A stretch of 64,000 nucleotides of DNA from a virus: IMG/VR virus record IMGVR_UViG_3300038410_000026, positions 31,393 to 95,392 of that record, one strand, 5' to 3'. Below are positions 63,361 through 64,000 of the stretch, piece after piece (the first letter of the stretch is position 1; each line of letters starts with the position of its first letter). A program made the translations under genes and the position numbers. The notes below the pieces were generated by a model. It did no database searches, was not told where the DNA came from, and saw nothing but the letters and a program-made list of their open reading frames with translations.

Positions 63361-63507
63361 CTATCTGCTCCTCCGGTAAGAAACCATCCACTTGCCAGAC
63401 TCCATCTTGCGGATAGCCCATGTATCTTGCTTCCAGTTGATTTGCTGACCCCTCTCAGAGGCCATTGCCTGAAGATCGTCGCTGTCTTTCACCGAGTAGA
63501 TCATCAT
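63361..63507 (-). CDS. Small hypothetical protein (48 aa), not in the ORF track
   Basis: GGAGGG SD; MMIYSVKDSDDL...YRRSR*. Confidence 0.5.
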   Translation of the reverse strand: MMIYSVKDSDDLQAMASERGQQINWKQDTWAIRKMESGKWMVSYRRSR

Positions 63508-63560
63508 TGCTATTCCCTCCTGCCTTTCTTCTTGAAACTGCGTAGTATACCCCTGCTGAA

Positions 63561-63746
63561 TTAAGGTTTTAATTCCTTTACTTCAATCTTCCCGAATCGC
63601 TTCTCCATCCATCGGATGAGGTTGTTAAAGGGTTGCCCTTTGAACATGGAGACTACATTTGCCGCCTTGGTCACGATCAAGTTATCAGTGTCAACTTGTA
63701 CGGTCATCTTCGGGCTGGACACGTACCACTTTTGTTTGCCTGCCAT
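63561..63746 (-). CDS. Small hypothetical phage protein
   Basis: ORF; FKGQP..NL..W motif. Confidence 0.6.
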   Translation of the reverse strand: MAGKQKWYVSSPKMTVQVDTDNLIVTKAANVVSMFKGQPFNNLIRWMEKRFGKIEVKELKP

Positions 63747-63755
63747 TGATTGTTT

Positions 63756-64000
63756 CTAGCGCTTTCTGGCTTCGATCAGGGCGGAGATCTGTTGCGATAT
63801 GCCGCCCTTGGTGTATCGCAGATCGCCTGCCTTGTGGCGTTTTACCGCAAACTGGTACAAATCCCCTGGACTCGAAAAACTCTGCTTCATTCTCCGGTCC
63901 ATTTTGTACAGAGCATTGCATTGGGCTTCGGTTGGCTGGTCATGCCGCCAGCGGGCATTTGTCAACACGGTTCCGATATAGTCTTTGGGGACCAATTGAT
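63756..64000 (-). CDS. C-terminus of a gene truncated at the window edge (resembles SF2 helicase tails)
   Basis: ARWR..QPTEAQ...L...TKG.IS..I motif. Confidence 0.45.
   Translation of the reverse strand, partial: QLVPKDYIGTVLTNARWRHDQPTEAQCNALYKMDRRMKQSFSSPGDLYQFAVKRHKAGDLRYTKGGISQQISALIEARKR

Noticed and set aside
1-64000. Integrase/att sites, reverse transcriptase/DGR, stand-alone endolysin
   Set aside because: No recognisable motifs in this window; these may lie outside it, so lifestyle and host cannot be determined

Overview
The window is most of the genome of a tailed dsDNA phage or prophage with podovirus-like morphogenesis genes. It has three parts. (1) Accessory/early region, 1-9.4 kb. 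(2) Plus-strand packaging and virion region, 9.4-56.7 kb: terminase, portal, scaffold, major capsid, adaptor/nozzle, tailspike and fibre proteins, GNAT, SLT-bearing and very large internal/ejection proteins. (3) Minus-strand replication arm, 56.7-64 kb: RusA-like resolvase, HNH, DnaB, and an initiator containing palindromic iterons. No integrase, att site or CRISPR was seen. The most notable locus is at 0.3-3.4 kb. One minus-strand sigma70 transcript carries five tandem structured RNAs directly upstream of a Ro60/TROVE-vWA gene. All five share a terminal stem with a UACU/GACUU internal loop and a UACAUG motif, but each has a different insert: a canonical-order tRNA mimic with an intact UAU anticodon arm, a circularly permuted YrlA-like tRNA mimic, a T-arm-only mimic and two minimal hairpins. 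An XRE regulator and a cyclic-phosphate receiver gene lie alongside. Other highlights are a dnaX-type A_AAA_AAG -1 frameshift that would fuse a 1208-aa Pro/Ala-rich virion protein to a HipA/PI3K-like kinase plus HExxH module, unannotated protamine-like micro-ORFs before the head genes, several apparently leaderless genes, and a LAGLIDADG gene with its catalytic acidic residue replaced by Lys. All protein calls come from motif recognition and synteny; no database search or folding program was run.
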